Source: Octopus sinensis (lineage: Eukaryota). From it: a stretch of 64,000 bases of DNA. Positions 27,150 through 40,099 of this stretch are shown in pieces. Below the pieces are notes generated by a model. The model was not told where the DNA came from. It saw nothing but the letters and a program-made list of their open reading frames with translations, and ran no database searches. Location: the NCBI RefSeq assembly GCF_006345805.1, contig NC_043000.1, positions 131,130,001-131,194,000 of the forward strand, given 5' to 3'. The translations under genes and the position numbers were made by a program. Numbering within the stretch: position 1 is the stretch's first letter; every line of letters begins with the position of its first letter.

Positions 27150-27205
27150 TTTTTTCTGGACATATACCAATATTGAACACAGGAAAGTTGACAAAAACAG
27201 CCAAG
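27150..27205 (+). other. Candidate splice acceptor plus short 5' UTR portion ahead of the ASB start codon
   Basis: T-rich tract then ...TTGAACACAG| (AG 27181-27182), 23 nt upstream of the ATG. This implies upstream non-coding exon(s), which I could not locate. Confidence 0.4.
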
Positions 27206-28186
27206 ATGGAGTTTATTACAATGGATAATTTCCAGTTCATGGAACAGTATATTGGAGATGTACGTGAACATAAGAAATCTATCGACATAGGGGAATGTCC
27301 GCTGTGTATTAGCTGTGCAATGTTAAATACAGATGACGTACAAGAAATTCTTCAAGATGAAAATGCTGAAAACAACCAAAGTACTTTGGATGGCAAAACG
27401 CCTTTGCATTTGGTCTGCATTCCAAAGGAGAATTCTAAGAGTTTTACAATCATCAAATTACTGCTTGAAAAAGGTTTTGATGTTAATGCAAGGGATGATA
27501 AAGATAGAACTCCTATATATTTTGCATGCATGAACCTTAATACTCAGCTCGTCAAAATCCTCATTGCAGCTGGGAGTCTAGTAAATACTACCATTTCAAG
27601 TGGACTCACACCTTTAAAGCTAGTCTGCAAGGCTGCTGAAAACACACTAAACTTAAATATTGTTCCAGCTTTAAACATTGCCAATTTGCTCTTAAGAGCC
27701 GGTGCTCAGAGGGATGACACTTGTTTGCCAGTTGCAATCCAATATGGACAGTACAGCCATGTAAAAGAACTTCTAGATTCTGGAATGGATGTTAACATGT
27801 TGGATGAGAGTGGACGTAGTCCTCTTGGGACTGCATGCTCTATACATACAGTCAGTGCTGATGTTGTGAAACTTTTACTTTCTTACGGAGCTAATGTAAA
27901 CATAGGGGGCGCTTGGACAAAACAAAAACCACTCATATTTGCTTATGCTCACAATTCCTTTAGCAAAATCAAAATTCTTCTGTCCTATGGAGCTTATATC
28001 ACTTCTGAAGAAATGACAGCTCTTGTGTCAATGAGTGTTTCAAAATCAATTCTTGAAAACCCAGAGATTGTTACTTTCCACAGCAAAGAGCTGCTTTCAT
28101 GTCGAATACTGCTAGCTGCTGGCTTCACACCAATTGTCCATGGCGTATTAGGAATTAGCCATGATTTAACGACAAAGATAAATCAG
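27206..28186 (+). CDS. Ankyrin repeat and SOCS box (ASB-type) protein, coding exon 1 (ankyrin repeats, 327 aa)
   Basis: Long open frame with several ankyrin repeats (DGKTPLHLVC...LLLEKGFDVNARDDKDRTPIYFAC; SGLTPLKLVC; LLDSGMDVNMLDESGRSPLGTAC; LLLSYGANVN; QKPLIFAYAH). The first in-frame ATG at 27206 has strong Kozak context (ccaagATGG). The exon ends at a CAG|GTTTGT donor (GT at 28187-28188), phase 0. Confidence 0.9.
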
Positions 28187-28209
28187 GTTTGTCTCGTTTT
28201 ATTTCTTTT

Positions 28210-28660
28210 CTTCTTTTATTTATTTCAGTTTTTGGATTGCAGCCATACTGGAGCACTGCCTCCAGGAGTTTACTCTTTTATGTGTTTCAGTCATTTGACT
28301 GCAGCCATGCTGGAGCACCGCCTTTAGTCAAGAAAATCGACCCCATAACTTATTCTTTGTAAGCCTAGTACTTATTCTATTGGTCTCTTTTGCTGAACTG
28401 CTAAGTTACAGGAACATAAACACACCAGCACCGGCTGTCAAGCGATGCTGGGGGGACAAACACAGACACACAAACACACACACACACACATATATATGAC
28501 AGGCTTCTTTCAATTTCTGTCTACCAAATCCACTCACAAAGCTTTAGTCTTCCTGAAGCTATAGTAGAAGACACTTGCCCAAGATGCCACGCAGTGAGAC
28601 TGAACCCAAAACCATGTGGGTGGTAAGCAAGCTACTTACCACACAGCTACTCCTGCACCT
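28210..28660 (-). mobile_element. SINE family A immediately after the ASB donor (duplicated tail)
   Basis: Reverse-complement copy; the TTTCAG...GCAGCCAT(A/G)CTGGAGCAC block occurs twice. Confidence 0.8.
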
Positions 28661-28884
28661 TAGTCAATTACATCAACCTCTCTACTTTGCTCTGGTATTT
28701 ATTCTTAATGGTCTCTATTTATTGACTGGCAACATTGCATTGCAGCATATTTTCACAAGGTACCCTATTTAATGGCATTTCAGATGCACATTTTTTTCTG
28801 AAAAATTGTCTCGAAATGTCACTCCAAGTCCTATATGCAAATTGAGCTTTTAATGCATTAAAAACATCTTTTTGTGAATATGGT

Positions 28885-29290
28885 AACTTTGGTATCAAAA
28901 CCTACCACTCACTGCACCACAGAAGACGCTGCCAGCTACCACCAATCAACAAAAAGGCTGGCCAGGCAGCAAAAACCCTGCGAGAATCAAGTCTGTTGGT
29001 TCGAGGAGCACAACTATTCAACTCCATTCCGGTACATGTCAGAAATCTATCAGGATGCAGTGTGGAATCATTCAAATTGCAGCTGGATAGATACTTAAGC
29101 ACCATTAGAGATGAACCCCATCTCCCAGGATATACACAACAAGCACAAACTGACTCAAACTCGCTCCTACACATGTCAAAATTAAACAGAGAATACAACC
29201 TGGCAACCACACCAGACTCTGAGGGTGGAGTCTTCGACTTGGCCTGAGCATGGACTCAAACTCAAATGAAATGAAATGAAATGAAATGTG
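28885..29290 (+). mobile_element. CR1-like LINE 3' end, second family
   Basis: RGAQLFNSIPVHVRNLSGCSVESFKLQLDRYLSTIRDEP...NSLLH; (AAATG)n tail. Confidence 0.8.
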
Positions 29291-29394
29291 CCTGTTGCAC
29301 TTGAAGTGCATCTGATATGCCTATGCATCTTTTATGTCCCTATATATAGCATATTGATCAGTGTTGTGATTTCTCAGGAATCCCTTTCTGATAT

Positions 29395-29443
<49 letters not shown>

Positions 29444-31391
29444 ATGGGCAGTGCACAGTTTCTACCCAATAGTTCTTGGCCATAATGCTTTGCACCATAT
29501 ACTGTATTATTGATTGGAGTTATGCCTTAGTGTCAGATGGATATTTGTGCGTGCGTGTGTGTGTGCGTGTGTGTGTTTGTGTGCGTGTGCATGTAATGTG
29601 TTGCGACATCATGTGATAGGTGGAAATGAATGTCAGTCATAAAAGCTGAGTCATCCATTTTCAGTCTTTCATCATCATCATCATCATCATGGTTCAACGT
29701 CCGTTTTCCATGCTAGCATGGGTTGGGCGATTTGACAGAGGACTGGCGAACCAGATGGCTGCACCAGGCTCCAATCTTGATCTGGCAGAGTTTCTACAGC
29801 TGGATGCCCTTCCTAACGCCAACCACTCCGAGAGTGTAGTGGGTGCTTTTTTCATGAAATAATTTCCAACCAGAAGAAAATATTTCCTTTCTAGAAACAG
29901 GGCATCCAGCCACAGAAAATCTGCCTCAATGAGTTCCATTCAACCCATGTAAGCATGGAAAAGTGAATATTAAGATAGCAACATATGTTGTTATTTCATT
30001 GGGAGTTATGACTACGTAGAATGTGTGTTGTATGAGGTTTGTCATATTATATTAAGTGGCTTTTGAGCAGAAAATGTGCTGGGTAGGTTGTGTTATTTTA
30101 CTGGTCGGTGATTGCATTAAAATTGTGTTGTGTGGGTTGTGTTCTATTGTTTAGTGGTGATTCTATAAAGTTGTATGAACAGGTCAAAGGATAGAGGTCA
30201 GACTATTATGGACACCTCTTCCCAGAGTGCATAGCATATGGTAATACATGGTTTAGTTGGAGTCACAACTGTAGGATTGCGATTTCAATTCCTGGACTGG
30301 ATGATATGTTGTGTTCTTGAGCAAAACACTTCATTCCACATTACTCCAGTCCACTCAGCTGGTAAAAGTGTGTAATTCTGTGAAGAACTGGTGTCCTATC
30401 CAGGGAGGATTATATATGCCAGGGAAACCAAGAAACTGGCCCTATATTCCTTACAGAGTAATAATATAATAATGAAATAATGTAGCTAACCATTTTCCCA
30501 GAGTCAAGAAAAGGCCAAATTACAGATGCATCAATCACAATTCAAAAGCAATAAAACCTGAGAGACAAAGGCTTTCCATGGGGAAATATATGAAGAACTG
30601 TGGCCGAAGTTGAGGGGAATACAGTGGCAGTGCAGCAATGCTGACTTCCCTTCTGACTACCAGGAAAACGCAGGGATTTGACTGGAGAGAAGCAGAAAAG
30701 ACAGTCCAGGGCCAAAGGACTTGAGAGAATAAATACCAATGATTAGGTGGGTGCCTTGAGATGCTATCAAAGCAAAGAAATTCAAAAATACTGATCCACA
30801 ATTATCATTTACAGACCCATTATTATCATTGTCATTTTATGTCTGTCTTTACATACAGACTCACATATGTATGGGTGTGTGAGAGTGTCTCTGTGTATGT
30901 GTACGTGTGTGTGTGTGTGTGTGTGTGTGTGAGTGTGTAAATCAAAGCTAAACAGAAACAAGACTAAACATGTTGCTTTCTCTGACTAACATGTTATTCA
31001 ATCAAAATAATATAAACAATTGCATTAATTTGTATGAGGGGTTCAGGTGCATTTTAGATTACGCTGACCCTAAATTGAACTCTATTTTCTTTATTTGTTT
31101 CTACAACAAACTTCAAACTACCCAAAACAAACAACATTTCTTTCTTACACCATATAATAAGAGATGGGAAGGCATTAGCCATAGGGTTGTTTTTCATGTT
31201 CTCAAAGACACAGATATAGAGATAATTAAGTAAAATTTCTAAAAGTATTGTTTCATTTAAACTGCTATTGTTCAGCAAGTAGAGGGAAAAGAGGATCATG
31301 GAAGAGTTCCAAAAAGATGAAAATGTGTATTATCAGAAAAGATTAGATGTCCAAATGAGTTGGGATTGATTCTCAGTGAAGGTAGCATATA

Positions 31392-31956
31392 TTAGGCTGG
31401 TGCATAATTATTGCAGCTTTTTTTCAACAAATTTTATTCCACAAAAATAATAACAATATTTAACAGAAACATCTTTAAATGACGGTCTGACCGTCTACCA
31501 AGCAAATAGGAAGCAGTAATTGAAGTAGATGGTGAATATACTCCGGAATAATCATTTAAAGATGTTTTTGTTACGTGCTGTTATTGTTTTTGTTGAATAA
31601 AATTTGTTGAATAAAGGCCACAATAATTATTTGTTTTTCCTTCTCGAGCCATGCCTGGCTCATAAGGGCTGGTTTCCTGGTTTCCTTGGTGTATAGGTTC
31701 CCCACCTGGATGGGATGCCGGTCTATCGCAGGTGAGCTGCATGATGCAGGAGGAAACAGTGAGAGAAAGTTGTGGCAAAAGAGTCAGCAGAAGTTTGCCA
31801 TCACCTTCTGCCGGATCCATGTGACGCTTAAGTGTTTCGCTCATAAACACACACAGCGCCCAGTCTGAGATTCGAACCTGCAATCCTTTGACCGTGAGTC
31901 CACTGCTCTAACCACGAGGCCATGTGCCTCCACACAATAATTATGCACCAACCCAA
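31392..31956. mobile_element. Mariner-derived MITE carrying a SINE insertion
   Basis: TIRs TTAGGCTGGTGCATAATTATTG / reverse complement TTGGGTTGGTGCATAATTATTG, with TA flanks at 31390-91 and 31957-58. Confidence 0.8.
31631..31932 (-). mobile_element. SINE family D with a 12-bp TSD
   Basis: tRNA-like head GGAGGCACATGGCCT(A/C)GTGGTTAGAGCAG; TSD CACAATAATTAT at 31619-31630 and 31933-31944. Confidence 0.85.
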
Positions 31957-32459
31957 TAAGAATTAACTTCACTCATGCCAGTACCATGTAAAGAGCACCC
32001 ATGGTGGTTCCATGTAAAGAGCACCCATATCAGCACTGCATAAAAATTGCCTTTGCTGGCCCCATGTAAGAAAAAGCACCCAGTACACTCTGCAAAGTGG
32101 CTAACATTAGGAAAGGTATCCAACCATAGATACCATGCCAAAACATGACCAGAACCTGGTGCAGCCTTTCAGTATGCCAGCTCCTTTCAAACTATTCAAC
32201 CCATGCCAGCATGGAAAACAGATGTTGAATGATGATGATGATGATGATGATGATGACAAGAAGCATGTTTCAATAGGAGATTAATGGTAAGGAGGTGATC
32301 ATGAAGGGGGTTTGCTCAGTGATTCTTTTATTGTTTATCATTTACTTGTTTTGGTAATTGGACTGTGGCCATGCTGGGGCACTGCCTTGAAGGATTTTTA
32401 CTCAAACGAATTGACCCCAGTGCTTATGCTTTTTTTTTAAAGTGTAAAAGGATATAAAA

Positions 32460-33056
32460 ATAATAATGAAATTATTGTATACAGTGCTCAGGTGCACCAC
32501 AACTTGTCAGAAAGTGCATATAAAGCATATGTATTAATGTACAAATGTCTGGAAAGTGAACAGTGTATGAGTCAGTTACATGCTTGCGTGTATATGGAGG
32601 GGAGAAAATCAAGTGTAGTGTTGGCGAATCTCAGAAAGCATGGAAGTTTTGAAGGATGCAGTGCTCCGACAACTAACAACCGATGCCAGCAGTTTGTTCC
32701 ATGCTTCAGCAACTCTCTGCGTGAAAAGATGTTTCCTGAAGTCATGGGAGCTGTGCTGTTTTCTGACTTTGTAAATATGTCCACGGGTGTTTTAGACAGG
32801 TGGAGTTTGAAAAGGTGCTCAGAGTTATTGCTAGTAAGATGGTTAATAATTTTATGGGTGTCTGCCAAGTCAGCTGCCAACCGTCGGAGTTTCAATGTGT
32901 CCATGCCCAGGGAAGTAAGGCGTTCAAGATATGGCAAATGCCTGATGGAGGGTATTCTTTTGGTTGCACGTCGCTGAACAGCTTCCAGACGATTGATATC
33001 CTGGGCAAGATAGGGGTTCCAGACCGGTGATGCAAATTCCAGTATGCATACTTATG
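32460..33056 (-). mobile_element. CR1-like LINE 3' fragment
   Basis: PYLERLTSLGMDTLKLRRLAADLADTHKIINHL...HLFKLHLS; (TTA)n tail on the minus strand. Confidence 0.85.
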
Positions 33057-33699
33057 GACTTCGTCTCTTTCTCTCTCTCTCTCTGTATGTATGTATGTAT
33101 GTATGCATGTATGTACATTCGCGCGCGTATATGTGTGTGTGAATACATAAACATGCCGTTACTCAACCTTCAGTAAATTTGGTGTTAAAGATGTAAGGGA
33201 GACAACTCATATTGGCTTTAAATTTTCTAGCTAAGCCAATAACATGTAATCATTACAGCTAATATAAAATTAACCCTTCTCCCTTCCTCTCCCTTCTCCT
33301 CCTCGCCTTCGCTTTGATCCTTTTTTGTTTTAGTTACTGTAATCCCTGCTTAAATCTTAATACAGGCTACTACTATAACAAATACTAAATTTCTCTCAAC
33401 TGTTTTTTTCTCACATGCTCCCTCCCTCTCTCACTTCCTTCCTCATCACTCTTCTGTCCCCACTTCAACCCATCCTCTCTCCTGTTTGCAGTCTCATACG
33501 TTCGTTCTTCCACAAACCCCCGAACCCCTTTTCTCCTTCACACATTTTCCTCTTACCTTTCTCATTCTTTCTTTCTCCATTACACCCCATTTCTATCCCC
33601 CCTCTCTCTCTCTCAAAACAAAGATTAAATACCCTGCAGGTAGTTGGGTTGTCACTGGTTGGGTGTCTCACTCTTCCTTACATAGTTATAGAAAGGAAA

Positions 33700-34300
33700 A
33701 ATAGCGGGAACAAGAATCTCCAAATAAATGACAATAATAATTTATTTTCGCCGAAATAAGCATTTCATCTCTGGACATTGGTAGCCTGGATGCCAGGGGT
33801 GGGTGAAAGCAGCAGAGTCGGTTGAATCACAATTGTGAAGACATTCTTCACAGATTCGCCTAAGTCTGGTGGATCGCCTACATGCGAAGCTTGTCTGGTT
33901 GCGTCTGTTTCGGTTGGCGGCAGGAGCGAAGAGAGAGAATAGCTATTTCTTTACTACCCACAAGGGGCTAAACAAAGAAAGGACAAACAAGGACAGACAA
34001 ACGGATTAAGTCAATTACATCGACCCCAGTGCATAACTGGTACTTAATTTATCAACCTCGAAAGGATGAAAGGCAAAGTCGACCTCGGCGGAATTTGAAC
34101 TCAGAATGTAATGGCAGATGAAATACTGCTAAGCATATCCACCAGCGTGCTAACGTTTCTGCCAGAGAGAATAGCGGTCAAGTCTAGCTGCTGATGATGA
34201 CTGTGCATGCGCATAAGGGACTTCTGGCAGGCCTTCTGGAAGACTAATCCTTGCGCATGAATGGATGAAAATCCCAAAATGGCGTCACTATAACCCTCTT
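33700..34300. promoter_or_regulatory. CpG-rich promoter-like island inside the ASB intron (split by a SINE)
   Basis: Locally CpG-rich non-microsatellite sequence with YY1-like CAAAATGGCGTC (34275-34286), NRF1-like TGTGCATGCGCA (34202-34213) and TGCGCATG (34252-34259), and E2F-like GCGGGAA (33704-33710). Confidence 0.35.
33944..34163 (-). mobile_element. SINE family B with a 12-bp TSD
   Basis: TSD AGAGAGAATAGC at 33932-33943 and 34164-34175. Confidence 0.88.
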
Positions 34301-34696
34301 TTGGTGCCAATCTTCCTAAGACTGCCCCTGGTTCTCTGATACAAACTTCTTGTTTTAAAGTGATCTGAATAATTATTTCCTCCTGAAATTCCCTGTTAAT
34401 TTATGTTCCAAATGTCTGCTTTATAATGAACCAAGTTATTTTTCTATATACTTCATTATTTTTGAAACCGTTTATAAAAAAGAGGTGTATTTCAAGAAAA
34501 ATTATGGTAACAAAAGTGTCAAAATATCTGTAGCATCAATTTAAGACACAATCTTTGAGTAGGAATGATAAATTTCTTTGAAATATCTTTTGAAATATGC
34601 CACAAATTTATCAACAGAATAACAAAAAACATGGAGATTTTATACCACTGTAATTCACTAATGATATAAAGGCAATATGAGAGTTTCTCTCACACT

Positions 34697-35093
34697 CTTT
34701 TACTTGTTTCAGTCATTTGACTGCGGACATGCTGGAGCAATGCCTTTAGTCAAGAAAATCGACCCCAGGACTTATTCTTTGGAAGCCTAGTACTTATTCT
34801 ATCAGTCTCTTTTGCCAAACCGCTAAGTTACAGGGACGTAAGCACACCACCATTAGTTGTCAAGCGATGTTGGAGGCACAAACACAGACACACAAAAATA
34901 TACACACACATACATATATATATACACATATACGACAGGCTTCTTTCAGTTTCCGTCTACCAAATCCACTCACAAGGCTTTGTTCAGTCCGAGGCTATAG
35001 GAGAAGACACTTGTCCAAGGTGCCACGCAGTGGGAATGAACCTCGAACCAGGTAGTTGGTAAGCAAGCCACTTACCACAGCCACTCCTGAGCC
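34697..35093 (-). mobile_element. SINE family A
   Basis: Full reverse-complement copy. Confidence 0.85.
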
Positions 35094-35812
35094 TAATACA
35101 GTATAGTTTTGTTCTAACAGAGCATCCATGTTTAAGTGGACATAAGTATTACCTCACAGTAAATATTCTTTTCTTTTCTACTCTAGGCACAAGGCCCGAA
35201 AATTTGTGGGGAGGGGTCCAGTCAATTAGATCAACCCCAGCATGCAACTACTACTTAATTTATCACCCTCGAAAGGATGAAAGGCAAAGTTAACCTCAGC
35301 AAAATTTGAACTCAGAACATAAAGACAGACGAAATACCGCTAAGCATTTCGCCTGCCAGCTTGCCGCCTTACCTCTCAGTAAATGTTAGCTCACAATCTG
35401 CAAGCCCAAAATACCAAACATGTTAGCACTGACTTTTAGGTGGGTGTGATTGATATGTTTAGAAATTAAATAATGTTTATACTATCCACTTGAAAAACAG
35501 TTAGTTTGTGGGTGTTAAGTATGCTTAATGCTTAGAACAGAAAGTAAAATCTTAATTAGAAAATATGTGGCTATTTAGTTTTCCTTTTAAGCCATCATCG
35601 CAAAGGCTACGCTGGAGCATTGCCTTGAGAAAGAAATAATACTTTATCAGCACATACACACACACACACATAGTGTGTGTGTGTGTATGTATTTATATTT
35701 ATTATTCTTAGACAAGAATATTGTTGACAGTGACTTCAAAGTTTTGGCCAGTTGGCCAAAACTTCAAAGTTACTGTTAAAAATATTCAGATTCCAAGCAG
35801 TGACCTTTAAAA

Positions 35813-35855
<43 letters not shown>

Positions 35856-35905
35856 GTAATAATAATAATAATATGATGATGAGAACATCGAAAAATACCT
35901 TAGGA

Positions 35906-36090
35906 ATGTATGTATGTATGTATGTATGTATGTATGTATGAATGTGTGTATGTATGTATGTATTTATGTGTGTATGTATGTATGTATGAATGTGTGTATG
36001 TATGTATGTATGCATGCATGTATGTATGTATGTGTGTGTGTATGTATGTATGTTTGTATTTATGTATGTATGTATGTATGTATGTATGTG
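35906..36090. repeat. (TATG)n microsatellite (similar tract at 23110-23297)
   Basis: Direct reading. Confidence 0.95.
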
Positions 36091-37094
36091 TTCAAAATTT
36101 CCTGATGAAGGCTGGAAGGTACATCAGCCGAAACGTTGTGTTAACAACAAATAAAATGAGGACAAATATCTGTTGAATGTAAATAATGTAAATAATGTAG
36201 ACAATGAGCAATATTCTTGTTCAAGAATAATAAATTTGTACTCTACTAAAGTATAGAATGACCCCCTCAGATTACTGTCAAATTGTTTTTATTATAACTA
36301 TGCATATGGCAACAAGCTGTCAGAATCGTGCATATGCTGGTCAAAAAGCTTAGCAGCATTTCATCCATCTTTACATTCTGAGTTCAAATTCCACCAAGGT
36401 CAACTTTGTATTTCATTTTTTCAGGGTCAATAAAATAAGGACCAGCTGAGGTCTGAGGTTGATGTAAATCAACTTACCCAAGCCCTTTGAAATTGCTGGC
36501 CTTGTGCCAAAAAAATTTGAAATCATTATAACTAAACATAAAAACAAACATTGATATATAGATATATATTTATTTTATTCCTTTTGTCTTTTAAGTTCCA
36601 GCCATGTGGTCGTGACCATGCTGGAGTACCACCATTACTTTCTACCTTTTCCACAGGCCTCTTAAGTAGATGATTTCTTGTGCATGGTGGGATTTCATAT
36701 CACTGCTCTCGCATGTGCCTTTTACACAATTATTAGTTCATTTGGTGTGTGACAGAGTTGACAATGCTGCCTTCATTTTGTACTTCATGCCAACACATTG
36801 GTTCATCTAATATCATGGATAGGAGAATGTCTGGTTCCATTTTAAGACATCTACATCTACATTACATAGATTCTTTAATTCTTTTGGCAAATCATTGAAG
36901 AGTTGTGGGCCTTTGAATGCCAAGCTATTGCAGTACCTAGACTTCATTTAGATGATTGGACGGTACTTTTGATACTTCACAATGGCATTTGTATAGTTTT
37001 CGATGCCAAAGTTAGTTGCTAGGCTTTCCAGAATTTTCCACTTAAAAGAAAGAAAAATAATAATAATAATAATAATAATAATGATAATAATAAA

Positions 37095-37290
37095 GGACTT
37101 ACAAACACATATAACATACAGAAAATTGCACTACTAGGCACTGCACACATCCTACGCAGAACACTTTCCATACAATAACCATCAGAGCATCACAACAAAT
37201 CACAGCACATACCCAAGGCACACAGAGCTGCGCTCGGTAGTGAAGTGAAAGCACGATATAAAAAATATACTACTGAATAATAATAATAAT
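37095..37290 (+). mobile_element. R4/Dong-like 3' end
   Basis: NIQKIALLGTAHILRRTLSIQ*, a 3' UTR and a (TAA)n tail. Confidence 0.7.
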
Positions 37291-37993
37291 GAAATTATTG
37301 TATACAGTGCTCAGGTGCACCACAACTTGTCAAAAGTGCATATAAAGCATATGCAGTAATGTACAAATGTCTGGGAAGTGAACAGTGTATGAGTCAGATA
37401 CATGCTTGCATGTGTATGGAGGGGTGTGTATACATCTCTTGCATTTTAGTTCCAGGGGAGAAAAACATATTTTCTTCAGCCTCCCCTAGCAGTTTATTCG
37501 CTGCACTGTGGTGGTCTTTTTAGTGTAGTAGTGTTTGATTTCTTTAAGCTCTGCTGTTAGTTTCACACTACGGGATGACCACAGCTGAAGGTAATACTTC
37601 AGACAGATGAGAACAAGGTCTTCCTCGGGGTCAACATGACTACTTGGTCTTTTGTCCTGAACGGCTTTAGTACCCATCCAGCCAATTATCTACACTTTGT
37701 TGCCATCTTGCTAATGTGCACAAGAAACAATGTGTCATTAAAACACTGATTCCTAAGTCTTTCACTGTCTGTGACTTTTTAGGGTTGCAGTGCCTTCAGG
37801 CCTCTTATGTGCAGGTTGGTCTGCATTTGTGAATTTCCCAACATTAATCTGCATGCTGTTTTGTTCTGCCCACTTGTATATTACATTTAGGTCCTGCTGC
37901 AAGGCTTGCAACAGCATCAGGGTTCTTTATAGCCTGTAAATATTTTGTAACAGTGATTGCGTGAGTGACTCTTGGCAGATCTAAGAGAGCCTA

Positions 37994-38209
37994 CGAGGGG
38001 TTCCTGAAAAGTTCCTGGCTTTGTGCAAAAGAAAATACAGGAGTATCAGTTAATTATGATTTTATTCAACATATTTCCCTCTCAGATTCACACACTTATT
38101 GCAGCAGTCCTTCAGTTTTTCTTAGCTCTGTAAAAGAACTCAGAAGGCCCGGCCTCCAACCAGGCCTTTCACGACACCCTTAAAGCAAGGAACTTTTTAG
38201 CACCCCTTG
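37994..38209. mobile_element. Mariner-derived MITE (partial copy at about 53970-54085)
   Basis: Imperfect TIRs CGAGGGGTTCCTGAAAAGTTCCTGGCTTT / AAAGCAAGGAACTTTTTAGCACCCCTTG, with TA flanks. Confidence 0.7.
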
Positions 38210-38348
38210 TACATCATGTCAGTAACCATACCAGAAATTAGATGTGATTGACATGGCTACTGTTCAGGCTACATCCATGCCTTTGCCTATCTGATGATTA
38301 TTCCATCAGCTACCAAATCGCCTTTAGACTTCACCCAAATGTCTTTAA

Positions 38349-38561
38349 CCCTTCTGATACCAACCTGGCTGAAACCGCCTCTGGCTCTGTAGTACAAATT
38401 TCTTGTTTTCATAAGTTTTGTATTAAAATCTTCCACCAAACCTTAGTCCTAATTTATGTTCCTGGCACTAGCTTAATGATAACTAAGTTATTTCACTAAA
38501 TTCTTTAAAATTAATTGAAAGAAACACAGAGCATCTCAAAATAAATATGGTAATGAAATGG
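38349..38561. mobile_element. piggyBac-like TTAA MITE, family 1
   Basis: TTAA flanks; the body is homologous to 45685-45905. Confidence 0.8.
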
Positions 38562-39739
38562 TTAAAATGGCTCAATATACAGAATGTATTGGATTTTTGT
38601 CAGTGAACAGGTCGCGGATTTTAGCGACGAAAATATTTTGACAAATTAAACTTAAATGTTGAAGTCAATCAAATGGCTTTTGTGTGTTTCTTAAATGGCT
38701 TACAAACACCTTCCACGCTGCAATTGTTATTATTAGAAGGTTATACAGAAAGTAACCTTGTAATATATCTGGAGTGGATTCCTTAAGGTAGGTCTGATAT
38801 TTGACTCAACTCTCTTCCAGTCAGTAACTCTGACTGTCAAACTGTTACTAAATGCACTGCCCTGCTTTCCTCTGAACCACACTAACAAGGCTGGAGGGAG
38901 GTCTGGACATCTGGACAACCCTGAACCTCGATAGACACACCCAAGGTTTGCATCTTGGAGAGGGCCGTTCAATGTTGCTGTAAATAGTAGCAAGAACTGT
39001 ATGATAGCAGGTTACCCCTCCTGTGTTGGGTTGTATAGTGGTTGGTATTAGGAATGGCAAACAATCATAGAAATCAAACCAATAGGAAATGCACGCTACA
39101 TAGGTGAGTTGATGCATCTAACAATACCAGCATACATAGAATGATGATGATGATGATAACAGTGATGTGTGTGTGTATGCATGTGCATATGTGTAAGTAT
39201 GTATGTGTGTTTGCATGTAAGTGTGTATGTGTATGAGTGTGTGTGCATGTATATATGTGTATGTATATATGATTGTGTATATATGTACGCATACATGTAT
39301 GTAAGTATGTATATGTATGTATACATAAATAGATAGATAGATAGATAGATGGATGGATGGATGGATGGATGGATAGATAGATAGCTAAATAGATAGACAG
39401 ACAGATAGATAGATAGATGGATGGATAGATAGATAGCTAAATAGATAGACAGACAGACAGATAGATAGATAGATACCACACTCTCGGAGTGGTTGGCGTT
39501 TGGAAGGGTATCCAGCTGTAGAAACTCTGCCAGACCAGATTGGAGCCTGGTGTAGCCACTGGCTCTCCAGACCTTAGTTAAACTGTCCAACACATACCAG
39601 CATGGAAAACGGATGTTAATCGATCATCATGATGAGGAGGAGGAAGATATATATGTATGTATGATGTATGTATATATCTATATCTATATATATGTATGCA
39701 TGATGTGTGTGTGTATGTGTGAGCACGTGTGCATGTATG

Positions 39740-39771
<32 letters not shown>

Positions 39772-40099
39772 ACATCAGCATTAGCCCGGACATTACAGAT
39801 ATGAGCTGATAAGAGATAAATATCTCCCTGAAGATGACAACTGTAACTTTCTCAGATGATGGTACATATTTCTGATACTCAGATAAACTATGGCAATGTA
39901 AAGCAAAGCTAATCTGCCAGTGACACTCTTTGAGAGCATTTGAGCTTACAGCTATTTTGCACTCATTATTCCATACTTATGTGCATAGGGTTGGATCTTT
40001 TTTTGTAATTGTCGCTGTCGTTGTTGTTGTCACACCTGCCCTCATTGTTAGAAATTATTTTTACACATTCACTGTCAGGGTTAGCTACACTGAGGTCTC

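Noticed and set aside
27173-27205. ORF-track start at 27173 extending the ASB N-terminus
   Set aside because: That codon is TTG, upstream of a plausible splice acceptor. The first ATG, in strong Kozak context, is at 27206.
31268-31375. Short ATG ORF MEEFQKDENVYYQKRLDVQMSWD in the ASB intron
   Set aside because: It is only about 23 codons, stops in frame and has no homology signal, so it cannot be an internal ASB exon.
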